Below, piece after piece: positions 1 to 9,561 of a stretch of DNA of 64,000 nt; position 1 is the first letter of the stretch; each line of letters starts with the position of its first letter. Position numbers and translations under genes: made by a program. Under the pieces are notes generated by a model that saw only the letters and a program-made list of their open reading frames with translations, was not told where the DNA came from and did not search any database. Source of the DNA: a virus (Duplodnaviria > Heunggongvirae > Uroviricota > Caudoviricetes); the IMG/VR virus record IMGVR_UViG_3300028559_000023, positions 12,922 to 76,921 of that record. One strand, given 5' to 3'.

Positions 1-132
1 TGCAGTCACCGAGTTCTCGGGTCTCCGGGCTCCTGCTACGGCTGCTGAGGGAAACGTCTTACCGAAGACGAGCTGACGCTATACGAGCTGGCGTATAGAC
101 TGCGAATACCTATCTATGTGCTAAAACAAGAG

Positions 133-384
133 ATGCCTCATGAGGAGCTGATGGGCTGGTACCACTACTTCGACAGGTATCCTTTTGGCTGGCAAGACGA
201 TGAAAGAGCTTACCGCATAATGCAAGCTCAAGGCGTCAAAGAGAAACCTGAGAACTTGTTCCCTTCTTTAGCTCGTCTGAAGGCTTCTGCCCACGCTGAG
301 AAGATGACAGCGAACAAGTTCAAGTCCTCTAAGATGTTTGATTTCATGTCTAAGGCTATTAACGGTGATAGGCTTGATCTATGA
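133..384 (+). CDS. hypothetical protein. Its position just upstream of the tape-measure gene is the only basis for calling it a possible tail assembly chaperone.
   Basis: ORF open from 49. Candidate starts are GTG 118, ATG 133 (AAGAG 3 nt upstream) and ATG 151. The stop overlaps the next ATG as ATGA. The window may begin inside this operon. Confidence 0.4.
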   Translation: MPHEELMGWYHYFDRYPFGWQDDERAYRIMQAQGVKEKPENLFPSLARLKASAHAEKMTANKFKSSKMFDFMSKAINGDRLDL

Positions 385-683
385 CTTTAAAAGGCGCGGA
401 TAAAGTCTTGAGAGGTATTCGGCTGGAGGTTCAGAAGCAATCTCTTAAGGCTGTTGATTCATCTAAAAGGAAGTTACTCGTAGAGCTTCAGGAAAGCACG
501 CCGGTAGACACTGGTGAAGCGCGTGATGGCTGGAGAGTAACTAGTAAGGGTCTAGAGAACGATGTGGAGCACATAATTGCTCTAAATGAAGGCCACTCTC
601 CTCAAGCCGAACCTAATTTTATCGAGCACTCTGTCTTAAAGCTCGGTCTGAAAATAAATGGTTCGATAGTACAGTTTAAGTGA
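381..683 (+). CDS. hypothetical protein (possible second tail assembly chaperone by position)
   Basis: ATG at 381 overlaps the upstream stop (ATGA). 100 aa. Lies directly before the tape-measure gene. Confidence 0.4.
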   Translation: MTLKGADKVLRGIRLEVQKQSLKAVDSSKRKLLVELQESTPVDTGEARDGWRVTSKGLENDVEHIIALNEGHSPQAEPNFIEHSVLKLGLKINGSIVQFK

Positions 684-741
684 GTTTGTGCCCGTGAGGT
701 TGGCTTATGCCTTCTTTCACGGGCTTTTTAATGAGGATAAC

Positions 742-3700
742 ATGACCGGTGTCATAGTACCAGTTACCTCAGATTCAGCGGCAGCTAAACGTGATTTACG
801 ACAAGTTGAAGCGTCTCTGGGAAGAATCGACGATGCCACCAGGTCTGTTGGGCGTACACTCAAAAGCACTTTTTCGAATATAGGTGCAGCCGCCGGCCTG
901 GCAGGCTTGGTTTATGGTTTAAAATCAGCTGTTGATGAATACCAACAGATAGAGAACAAGATCGCTCTAGTTACAGGGCGAACAAAAGAGCTTGTATCCG
1001 CACAGATGCAAGTGTTCAAATTAGCTGCAGACACGCGCTCTTCGGTAAGTGCCACTGCAGGTCTTTATAGCTCTATGGCCAGAGCTTTGAGGTCCTCACA
1101 AGTAGGTACTGTAAAGGTTCTTGAAGCCACTAAAGCAATCCAAGAGGCTGTGATTGTATCAGGTGCTTCGGAGGCCAGCGCTTCTGCAGCCATAATGCAG
1201 CTCAATCAGGGTTTATCTGCAGGAGCTTTGCGTGGCGAGGAGCTGAACTCTGTTATGGAGCAGACACCTCGCATTGCGCAAGCTATTGCTGATTCCCTCA
1301 AGGTAAGCACAGGCCAGTTGCGCATACTTGGTGAGCAAGGTAAGCTTACAAGCAACGTCGTTTTCAGCGCGATTCTGGCGCAAGCACAGAATATCAACAA
1401 AGAATTCCAGGCGATGGCGCCTACCATTGGTCAATCGACAAATCTTCTGACCGACGGAATAAAGCAGTTTGTTTCTCAATTCGACAAGGGGTTGGGGCTT
1501 TCTGCGTCGCTTTCTAAGTACATGCAGTCTACTGCTAAGTATGTATCTGCAGCTGCCGACAACGCTTTCCAACTTGGCACTAATGTCGCAGTCACTGTAA
1601 GACGCGTTAAGAACTTGGTGTCGTTAATCTCTGCACCAGTCGCTTCCATATTCGGTAGCCTTGCTACACAGTTTGCCCAGGCCTTGCCACAGATAAGGTT
1701 TACAGACACGTTTAAGGGAGACCTGAACGAGTTCATCAGATACTTTGATAGGACGTTCTTAGGCAACTTCATACGTGGTTGGAAACAGTTCCGTTTTATT
1801 GACCTCGTAACAGTCGAGTCTGATGTTGAGAAGGCTATAAGAACTTTAAAGCGGCTGAGTCCTAAATATTGGGCAGCTAGCGGATTCGACAGAAAGAGTA
1901 TTGTAGAGCTCTTCTCAGCGCGGAACATTCTTGAGTACTCTAAAGCATTTGGTGTGCTTGCTAAAGCCGTTGCGTCCAATATCACAACCATTGGCGGTAA
2001 TATCGAAGGGTTTGCCAAACGACTTAACGCCAGTATATTCAGCTTGTACCGCTATTGGGGCGGTGCTAGTGATGCGTTCGTATCCTTCACAGCCGGCTCT
2101 TTTGAGAATCTCACACAAACAATTGCTGAAATAACTCGCGGCTTGTTTGGGCTAACTGCACGCTTTTGGGATATCAGAGGGCTGATTGTACAGAATTGGT
2201 ATCCCGGCATACGAACAATGATCCACGCCTTCAAAGAGGCTGGTATACCTGCTTTGAGAGCCTTTGCCAAAGCTACTGTAGAAGTTGTCCTGTACGCTAT
2301 CAAGTACTTCACAGCTTTCGGCGAAGCCATTTCTGAAATCTTCAGAGCCAAGTCTTTCAAGAGCATGGCTGCGGACGTGTTTGACTTGATCTTTGGAATC
2401 TCAGATGCTATAAGCAACTTGGCCGACTTTGACAGCCCGCTGAAGAAGATCGAGAATTTTGCTAAGAAAGTTATTTATTACTTCTTCACAATATACGACG
2501 AAGTGATCGGTAACTCTTGGTGGACAGACACTGTGCTGGCAATTATCAACAGCTCTGCAACGCTTTGGGAGAAATCGAAGACTGGCATCGTCAAATTCTA
2601 CAACAATTTCACAGGTTACTTCAGGTCGATTTACAACAACATCTCAGGCTCCTTTAAGAACTCACTGCGAGTACCTGAAATCAAATTCAACGTAATGCAG
2701 TCGAAGAGCAGTTTCGAGAAACTCTACGACTTAGCGCGTGCTACCTTTGCAGATATGAAGCGTTCAGCTTTGGACTTTGCAAAAGAATACCCGTCAATAT
2801 TCTCAATGGCCATTATCGGCATAGCCGGCATAATTGCAAAGCTGGTGCTGCCTTTCTCATCTATCGGCACAGTGCTGTTGGCCTCTCTTGGCACAGAGCT
2901 CGCGCTTAACTCAACAGTTCTTGCGGATTCAATTTTCAAGAGTTTGTTCGATGCTTCGGCTATAAACGCAGCTGCTACTAAGTTTGGTGAAACTATTGGC
3001 TTCCTTGTGACAGCCTCTCTCAAAAGTCTTCCAGAGATACTTACAGTGATTCTTGGCGGAGTGGCTAGTGCCTTCCGAGGGTTCTTGACCAATATCGGCT
3101 TCATGGTCGGTGACATCTTCACTAGTATTTTCTCCATCGCTGACAAGGTCGGGCTTGGCACTCCGTTAGGCCTGATAGGCGCTTTGCTATTTGGCGCAGG
3201 TGCTGCGCGTCTTGCCGGTCAAACAGATCTGGTCAAGAAGGCTACAGCTCCCTTGAAATACATCGTCGGTCTGTTTAAAGACGGTGAAGATGACAAGGGT
3301 AAAACCATAAAGGCTCCTCTTGGGGCTATCGGTTCATGGCTATTTGGCACTTTCGGTGTCGCACGTGTGGTCGGCTCCATAGGGCTGGTTACTAGCGCCC
3401 TTGGTATCTTTGACAATCTGTTTATCAATTCGCCACTCGCTGAACTTGCCGCCAACGGCGGTTTGCTGTACCTCTTGTTTGCAGGTAACAAAGGCTTCGA
3501 TAAGATCAAGACATCTGTAGTAGACGCCGCAATCCTGCCTGTTATCACATCCATAAAGACTCTCGCTGCAAAGAATAGCAAAACGATTTTTGATTTGTTG
3601 TTTGGAAGCGGGACTTTTGGCGATAGAGTCGCCGACTTTGGCAAAGCAGTTTTCACCAAGATAAATACCAGCGTTGTGGACTTCGCAACACCGTACGTAT

Positions 3701-6700
3701 CTGCGGGTGTCGACTTTCTTACAACAGCCTTTCTTGGTAAGGACCCTAAAGCCACTCTGTCAAATGTTAAGAAGCAATTCTCAGACATTGCAGGCACTGT
3801 ATCAGCGCAAATCAATAAGGCCAGCGCTTCCATGGGTCTCTCGTCTATAATGTCGAGCTTCAGCGGTATCTTCGCGGGTTCCCAGAACTACTCGCGTAAG
3901 TATAGCAATCTGATGGCCTCCACATTCGGGGCAACTCAGCGGCAGGCATCGTCGGCTTCGAAGTTTGCAGAAACTATTGGTGGTGATCAAGGTCTGCTCG
4001 GTCGCATGTTCCTTGGCAAGTATGGCAAAGCTATTCTCGTTGGCAGCATCCTGTCGGTTTTTGCTACCTTCACAATGGCTGCAACAACCACGCAGAAATC
4101 GCTTGAGGACCTCTCGCTGACTGAGCAGATAAGCCGCGACTTTGAGGCGTTGAAGAATAACAATCCTGTTGCAGCGGTACTTTTGGCTTCATTACCTCTT
4201 ATTGCAGCAGCCGCTTTCTTGTTTAGACGACAAATCGGTTCTCAGCTGTCGAAGGTCTTTGATGTAAGCAACATTAAGCGTTGGTCCACGACTTCCATAG
4301 ATGCTATAAGGGCAGTAGCTGCAAAGCGCAAGGCACTGTTGGCTGGTGTTGGCGCAGGGGCTGTTGGCGCAGGGGCTGGGTTTCTCACAACGGGTAGCTT
4401 AGTAGACGCCATAAGTCTTGGTGTCCTTGCAGCGCAATTCGGTTTCTTCATACGTAAGGCGCTTTATAAGGCTGTGGCATGGGCCTTCTCGACTGTTTTC
4501 TCTGCAGCCGTGATGGTGCCTCTGTTCAAGATCGCGGCGGTTGCGTTAGGTGCTCTGTCACTTGGTGGTATGGCGTACATATTCCTGTTCGGTGAGAATG
4601 ATTTCTTGACGGATATGGATTTGGCGATTGACAAGATGAAGGAGTTCTTCGGTTTTAAGAACAAGAATTCTAAGTCTACCAAGCTGTCTGAGGAGCAGAC
4701 GAAAGCGGTGCAGGATGCTGGTATTAGCCTCTCGTATGATCTATCCAAAATTGATCCCAAAAAGATTGCTACAAAGGACAGAGACCGCCTCGATGCCACG
4801 TTGGAGAAGCTCAAGGAATCTATAACTCAGGCTGCTGAAGAGCAAGCCCTACTAGGCATCACAACTGAGGACACAAAGAACAACATTCGCCAGCTTGATA
4901 AGAGCCTGGCAAATCTTGTGTCGAAGATAGACGCACGCAACTCGCTCAAGTCTGGCGACCTCGCAAAACAAATTCAGGATATTTCAAACCGTGATCCTAA
5001 GAGTCTAGCTGGCAAATTTGTGCTAGCTCTCGACCAAACTGCGCTTGACTTTGAATACACAATTCGTGAGTTCTCGCTAAAACTTCTTAGATTCGCTTCC
5101 GACAAAGACTCAAAGGGTGCGGTTACACGCGACCTTGAGGCGCTTACAAAGCTTAAAGACACTCGCTTCAATGCTAAGTTTGTACCTCTGTCTCCTGACG
5201 ATAGACAGGCCGTAGATCTGTCGAAAGAACTACGCACCTTCAAGTACACCAATGATCAGCTAATGACTGAGATCGGTGTCTTGGAGAATGCCTACCGCGA
5301 AGCTTTCACTGAGGTTGCAAAAGCAGAGAACACACTGTTCGGTCGGGTCGATAAGCTGTCTGAGGATGATCAGCGAAAGTTTGACCTCAGATTTACTAGA
5401 GATATTCTGCTTGATTCGTACAACAAAGCTAAGCTGTTTGATAAGCAGTCTGCTAAGGCAGCTGATTTCAAGCAACAAATCGAAGAGATAAGCGCTTCTT
5501 TTAATGCTCTGAACATCAGCTTTGATTCAAAAGAATTGTCGTTGAAAGACGATGATGCCATGGATCGTGCAAAGTTCTTGGCTGCACAGTTACGAATCCT
5601 TGCAAAAGAATTCGAAATGACTGCAGACCTTGCGGAGCGTCGCGAGATAATCTTGCGAGTCACAGAGATCAGGAGCCAGGTTGAAGATCTCAAGTTCAAT
5701 GCTGAGAAATCGAACCCTGCTGTTCGTAAACAGTTCCAGCTCGAAGACCTTGCAAATCAAGCGGGTATTGCAGTATTCAGCAAAGAAACCTACCAACGTC
5801 TCTCTGATGCAGATGCTGAAGCGCTCAATGCAACACTGCTTCAGATAATCCAAAAGCGTAAGGACATCCAAAAGAAGTTTCAGGGTGATGCGGCTAGCCT
5901 GAATCCTTTGACTGGTGAACGGTTGCTATCACTTGGAGCAACAAAGTCTATTGAGTCTGAAACTGCAGCTATTGATCAAGCCACCCGAGAGTTCACAGCA
6001 CGCGTTAAGGAAGCTGCTGGACGGTCTGCTAAGGGCAACAAGATCGCAATGCAAGAGCTCGCCTCTAGCGTCGGTCTTGACTTTGATGAGCTTGTTATTG
6101 CCAAGGGTTACGATGCAGCTGTGCAAGCTGTCAAGCGTGCGGAGGGTCTCTCTGAAAAGATTAAAGACGCCACCAATCCAGCAGAGCTCCGGACAAACTT
6201 GCGCAATTACAAAAACTTACTTGATCAACTCAAAGAAGCACCTACTACTGCTAGTGAAGTTTTGAATCAAGCTAGCAGTATCTCTGGCATACAGCTTGAG
6301 GACATTACGAAACTAGCGCCTAAAGCTTTTGAAGCGCTTAGAACGCTTGCCTTCCAAGGTATACAACAAGAAAAGGCTTTCTCAAAGCTTGATGCGTCAG
6401 CTTCAAGAGCGCAGTTCGCCAATTATCTTACAGCTAAGGCAAAACAAGCAAAGGACGCTTTTGCCATCATGCTGTCGACCATCGGCAACACTGTCGCTAA
6501 AACCGTCACAATTCTTGAGGGCTTCGGTGTAAGAGACGAGTGGCGCATAGCCTTGTTTGAAAAAGAGGATCTCAAACGTTTCACTCAGATACAAGTGGAG
6601 CTTGAGAAACTCAAGAACGAGCGTCTTACGCTGTCCCCAGAATCTGCTCGTTTCCAAGCGACTGCTAAGGAGATTGTAAGGCTCCAGACCGAGGCTGATA

Positions 6701-8403
6701 TTTTGTCAAAGAAGTTCGAATCCTTTGATGAAGTCGTTGCCAATGTCAATGATACATTAGGTCTAAGTCTCTCTAAGAGCGTTTTCGCCAATCTACCTGA
6801 AGAACTCCGTAAACAACTTTCCTCTACTGCATTTGACCAACGCTCGAAGGTACTTAACACAGCTCCAAATGACGCCTCAGGGTTGCTTGGTATCGACAAC
6901 GAGAATAAGGTACTTGCTGCGAGATTCAGCAAACTTATTCTGGAAGCAGGTACTGAGTTCAGTGTTGCACTACAGTCTCTACCTTATGAGACGCGTGACA
7001 GTCTTATCTCAAAGATATCCGAAGCTTTGCCTGAAGGTTCTGATTTACGAGGTGAGCTGCTCAAGCTTAGCCGTGATATCTTGCTGGATCTGGCTAAATC
7101 CGCTCTGGACATTGCCAGGCAAGAAAAGTTGTTCAATACAGGAGTTGGAAACCAAAAGTCGTTGGAGCGGTCTAAAGACAACTTTGCAAACAGCGTGGTT
7201 GGTAAGTCAAACAACCCAAACGCCGCTCTTTTAGGTAGTGCGAAGAAGTTCGGTCTGTCACAAGACGCGGCTGACTTTAATCTACTTGGACGCGAACAAC
7301 GTGCACGTGTTGAGTCAATGCTGTCCAAAGGTCTTGCTGCAGTCGATAAACTTCAAGTCGAAGCTGATGAAAACACCCGTAGGTCTTTACAACTTTACGT
7401 CAACTCAATAAAGTACGAAGTCGAAAGCTTACTTGAGTCTGCTGCTAAGGACATCTCGATAACCACAAGAGAAGCCGGAGCTGAATTTTCTACCAGCGTC
7501 TCTGGAGGTTTTAAAGAGGCTTTGAGTGGACTTCTGAAGGGCGCTTCTGATGAAGGTTCCTCAGTGTTCAAAACCTTTGTCAGCAAAATCCTCGACACCT
7601 TCACATCAAATGTAATCGACACTTTTGTCAGTGGTCTGACTAATGCGGTATCGGGGAAAGATTCTTTCCTTATGAAGTCGCTACAGAGCATTGGCGCCAA
7701 TATGTTCGAGTTCGGTGCGAAAGCTTTAAGTGGTCTGCTACCTACAGGAGACTCCGGCGGGCAGTCGTCATCTAATCCAGTTGTGTCTGCGATTAGTACG
7801 TTGGGTGTGACGCTTCTGGCGCCTCTGGTAGCAATGCTGGGATTGACGGCTACCTCCACAGGCTTTGATCTGTTAGGTGTTTCGGTTGAACAAGCTCAGC
7901 TCATTTACTTGGGCACTCTCGGCATAACAATCCCAGCAGCTATTGCAGCGTCTACCGCAGCTATTGTTGCAGCTATTGCAGCAAGTGCGGCAGCTTCTGC
8001 AGCCGGCGGTGCGCTGGGTGGCGTTGGTGGCTTTCTAGGTGTATTTGCAAACGGTGGCCGAATATCAGGCCCGGGTACCGGTACTTCAGACAGCATTCCA
8101 ATATGGGCGTCTAATGGCGAGTACATGGTGAACGCGAAGGCCACCAAGAAGTTCTTGCCAGTGCTCGAAGCAATAAACAGCGGTCGTATACCTAAGTTCG
8201 CTGATGGTGGTTTTATTGGAAGTGGTTTGATAAATGACCGCTCTAAACTGTCGAGAGCTGGAGGCGGTGATCCGTCAAGCAATACCCAAATGTTCAACAT
8301 CAACATAACCGGCGACATCAGTAGGCAAACTAAGTCGACAATCTACGAGATGATACCTCAAATTGCGGCTGGTGTGAACAAACGAAATAGAGAAAAGGGT
8401 TGA
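742..8403 (+). CDS. tail tape measure protein
   Basis: Single ORF; the track places a GTG start at 688, while an ATG at 742 has TGAGGA 4 nt upstream. The N-terminus carries the tape-measure hallmark ...QLNQGLSAGALRGEELNSVMEQTPRIAQAIA...GIKQF. A long central coiled-coil-like K/E/A/L-rich region follows. A C-terminal Ala/Gly-rich hydrophobic segment (IPAAIAASTAAIVAAIAASAAASAAGG) is also present. Confidence 0.85.
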   Translation: MTGVIVPVTSDSAAAKRDLRQVEASLGRIDDATRSVGRTLKSTFSNIGAAAGLAGLVYGLKSAVDEYQQIENKIALVTGRTKELVSAQMQVFKLAADTRSSVSATAGLYSSMARALRSSQVGTVKVLEATKAIQEAVIVSGASEASASAAIMQLNQGLSAGALRGEELNSVMEQTPRIAQAIADSLKVSTGQLRILGEQGKLTSNVVFSAILAQAQNINKEFQAMAPTIGQSTNLLTDGIKQFVSQFDKGLGLSASLSKYMQSTAKYVSAAADNAFQLGTNVAVTVRRVKNLVSLISAPVASIFGSLATQFAQALPQIRFTDTFKGDLNEFIRYFDRTFLGNFIRGWKQFRFIDLVTVESDVEKAIRTLKRLSPKYWAASGFDRKSIVELFSARNILEYSKAFGVLAKAVASNITTIGGNIEGFAKRLNASIFSLYRYWGGASDAFVSFTAGSFENLTQTIAEITRGLFGLTARFWDIRGLIVQNWYPGIRTMIHAFKEAGIPALRAFAKATVEVVLYAIKYFTAFGEAISEIFRAKSFKSMAADVFDLIFGISDAISNLADFDSPLKKIENFAKKVIYYFFTIYDEVIGNSWWTDTVLAIINSSATLWEKSKTGIVKFYNNFTGYFRSIYNNISGSFKNSLRVPEIKFNVMQSKSSFEKLYDLARATFADMKRSALDFAKEYPSIFSMAIIGIAGIIAKLVLPFSSIGTVLLASLGTELALNSTVLADSIFKSLFDASAINAAATKFGETIGFLVTASLKSLPEILTVILGGVASAFRGFLTNIGFMVGDIFTSIFSIADKVGLGTPLGLIGALLFGAGAARLAGQTDLVKKATAPLKYIVGLFKDGEDDKGKTIKAPLGAIGSWLFGTFGVARVVGSIGLVTSALGIFDNLFINSPLAELAANGGLLYLLFAGNKGFDKIKTSVVDAAILPVITSIKTLAAKNSKTIFDLLFGSGTFGDRVADFGKAVFTKINTSVVDFATPYVSAGVDFLTTAFLGKDPKATLSNVKKQFSDIAGTVSAQINKASASMGLSSIMSSFSGIFAGSQNYSRKYSNLMASTFGATQRQASSASKFAETIGGDQGLLGRMFLGKYGKAILVGSILSVFATFTMAATTTQKSLEDLSLTEQISRDFEALKNNNPVAAVLLASLPLIAAAAFLFRRQIGSQLSKVFDVSNIKRWSTTSIDAIRAVAAKRKALLAGVGAGAVGAGAGFLTTGSLVDAISLGVLAAQFGFFIRKALYKAVAWAFSTVFSAAVMVPLFKIAAVALGALSLGGMAYIFLFGENDFLTDMDLAIDKMKEFFGFKNKNSKSTKLSEEQTKAVQDAGISLSYDLSKIDPKKIATKDRDRLDATLEKLKESITQAAEEQALLGITTEDTKNNIRQLDKSLANLVSKIDARNSLKSGDLAKQIQDISNRDPKSLAGKFVLALDQTALDFEYTIREFSLKLLRFASDKDSKGAVTRDLEALTKLKDTRFNAKFVPLSPDDRQAVDLSKELRTFKYTNDQLMTEIGVLENAYREAFTEVAKAENTLFGRVDKLSEDDQRKFDLRFTRDILLDSYNKAKLFDKQSAKAADFKQQIEEISASFNALNISFDSKELSLKDDDAMDRAKFLAAQLRILAKEFEMTADLAERREIILRVTEIRSQVEDLKFNAEKSNPAVRKQFQLEDLANQAGIAVFSKETYQRLSDADAEALNATLLQIIQKRKDIQKKFQGDAASLNPLTGERLLSLGATKSIESETAAIDQATREFTARVKEAAGRSAKGNKIAMQELASSVGLDFDELVIAKGYDAAVQAVKRAEGLSEKIKDATNPAELRTNLRNYKNLLDQLKEAPTTASEVLNQASSISGIQLEDITKLAPKAFEALRTLAFQGIQQEKAFSKLDASASRAQFANYLTAKAKQAKDAFAIMLSTIGNTVAKTVTILEGFGVRDEWRIALFEKEDLKRFTQIQVELEKLKNERLTLSPESARFQATAKEIVRLQTEADILSKKFESFDEVVANVNDTLGLSLSKSVFANLPEELRKQLSSTAFDQRSKVLNTAPNDASGLLGIDNENKVLAARFSKLILEAGTEFSVALQSLPYETRDSLISKISEALPEGSDLRGELLKLSRDILLDLAKSALDIARQEKLFNTGVGNQKSLERSKDNFANSVVGKSNNPNAALLGSAKKFGLSQDAADFNLLGREQRARVESMLSKGLAAVDKLQVEADENTRRSLQLYVNSIKYEVESLLESAAKDISITTREAGAEFSTSVSGGFKEALSGLLKGASDEGSSVFKTFVSKILDTFTSNVIDTFVSGLTNAVSGKDSFLMKSLQSIGANMFEFGAKALSGLLPTGDSGGQSSSNPVVSAISTLGVTLLAPLVAMLGLTATSTGFDLLGVSVEQAQLIYLGTLGITIPAAIAASTAAIVAAIAASAAASAAGGALGGVGGFLGVFANGGRISGPGTGTSDSIPIWASNGEYMVNAKATKKFLPVLEAINSGRIPKFADGGFIGSGLINDRSKLSRAGGGDPSSNTQMFNINITGDISRQTKSTIYEMIPQIAAGVNKRNREKG

Positions 8404-8404
8404 T

Positions 8405-8998
8405 ATGTATGGCATTTATGATGGTACGCGAGTAATCGCAAAATTTGTGGCGCCTCTTAGCATCATCAGTAATGTACCTGTTGCCATCACACAATCTGCA
8501 AGCCTCAAGATTCATGCTCAACGTTACTCAACTCAAAGATGGGAGATTTCAGCTAACCTGGAACCTCTCAGCTTTGGGGCTGAGTACCTCATGGCGCTGT
8601 TAGTAGCTAATGGCCACTTTAATCCAATTGATGTAGTCGTGCCTCAGAATTACGGCGTGATTAATCGTAGGACTTCTGTGTCCATTTCTACAGCAGCGAC
8701 TGGATCTATAGGCGAGTCAGATGTTGATGTGGTTGGCAATAGCGGTTTGATACCGCTGGGTACATTCATAAAGTTCGGTAACCATAATAAGGTTTATATG
8801 GTTACAAACGACCGTGTTGGTGATGGGCCTATGGGGATTTACCCCACCCTGAGAACTGCGGTCACAGGTATTTCTTTCAAGCACCGAGATGATGTTATCG
8901 CAAAGTTCATGATGGACAGTGATACAGCTATCGGTATGAGCTACACTGATGGCGTACTGATGGATATTGGTACGATTAAATTACTAGAGGATTTATGA
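8405..8998 (+). CDS. minor tail protein (distal tail / tip component, by position)
   Basis: 197-aa ORF starting 2 nt after the tape-measure stop. Sits between the tape-measure and central-fibre genes. Confidence 0.45.
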   Translation: MYGIYDGTRVIAKFVAPLSIISNVPVAITQSASLKIHAQRYSTQRWEISANLEPLSFGAEYLMALLVANGHFNPIDVVVPQNYGVINRRTSVSISTAATGSIGESDVDVVGNSGLIPLGTFIKFGNHNKVYMVTNDRVGDGPMGIYPTLRTAVTGISFKHRDDVIAKFMMDSDTAIGMSYTDGVLMDIGTIKLLEDL

Positions 8999-9561
8999 TT
9001 GAATTTTCTGAGGCTATTCAAGTTTTGCTGGCAGGGCGTTCCTCTGAAGCTTTCTATCTCGTCAAAATCGGCAATAGCTTCAGAACCAGTCATAGCAGCA
9101 ATGTAACTGTTGGTTCTGACACGTATATTGCTGACGGTTCCATTCTAGAAGTCACTCCGGCGGAATTCTCTTCCGTTACAGATAAACAAGAATTCAGTGT
9201 TGCAGTAGCGGACGTAGACAATTTCTTGTCTGACAAGATTACAGCGGGTATCATTGGTCTAAAGGTTGAAGCCCGAATAGGCTTTATAAATCCTGCCACA
9301 GGTGTTGCTTTCACAAGCTACGCTGATACGTTCTTCTTGTACCGGAGTGCTGTTGATAGGGTTGAATTACAAATCGCTACGGGTAGTAGAGGCAAACGCA
9401 ATTTCGTAATTGTTTGCACTAGTCCTCTACATGATCTTGACCAAATAAGGGCTGTTTACACAAGCCAAGACTACGCTAATAGTGTGTTGCCTGGCGACAC
9501 ATCTTATAGCCAAGTCTATCAAGGATCCGGTCAAATAAATCTAAAGTGGGGTAAACTATAA
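8995..9561 (+). CDS. minor tail protein (tip assembly, by position)
   Basis: 188 aa. ATGA overlap with the upstream gene and with the downstream fibre gene. Confidence 0.45.
   Translation: MIEFSEAIQVLLAGRSSEAFYLVKIGNSFRTSHSSNVTVGSDTYIADGSILEVTPAEFSSVTDKQEFSVAVADVDNFLSDKITAGIIGLKVEARIGFINPATGVAFTSYADTFFLYRSAVDRVELQIATGSRGKRNFVIVCTSPLHDLDQIRAVYTSQDYANSVLPGDTSYSQVYQGSGQINLKWGKL

Noticed and set aside
118-683. Possible lambda G/GT-style programmed -1 frameshift joining the two small ORFs upstream of the tape-measure gene
   Set aside because: The second ORF's frame is only open from 378, because a TGA sits at 375-377. That leaves no room for a slippery site before the first ORF's stop. The second ORF also has its own ATG overlapping the stop as ATGA. 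Separate coupled translation is more likely.
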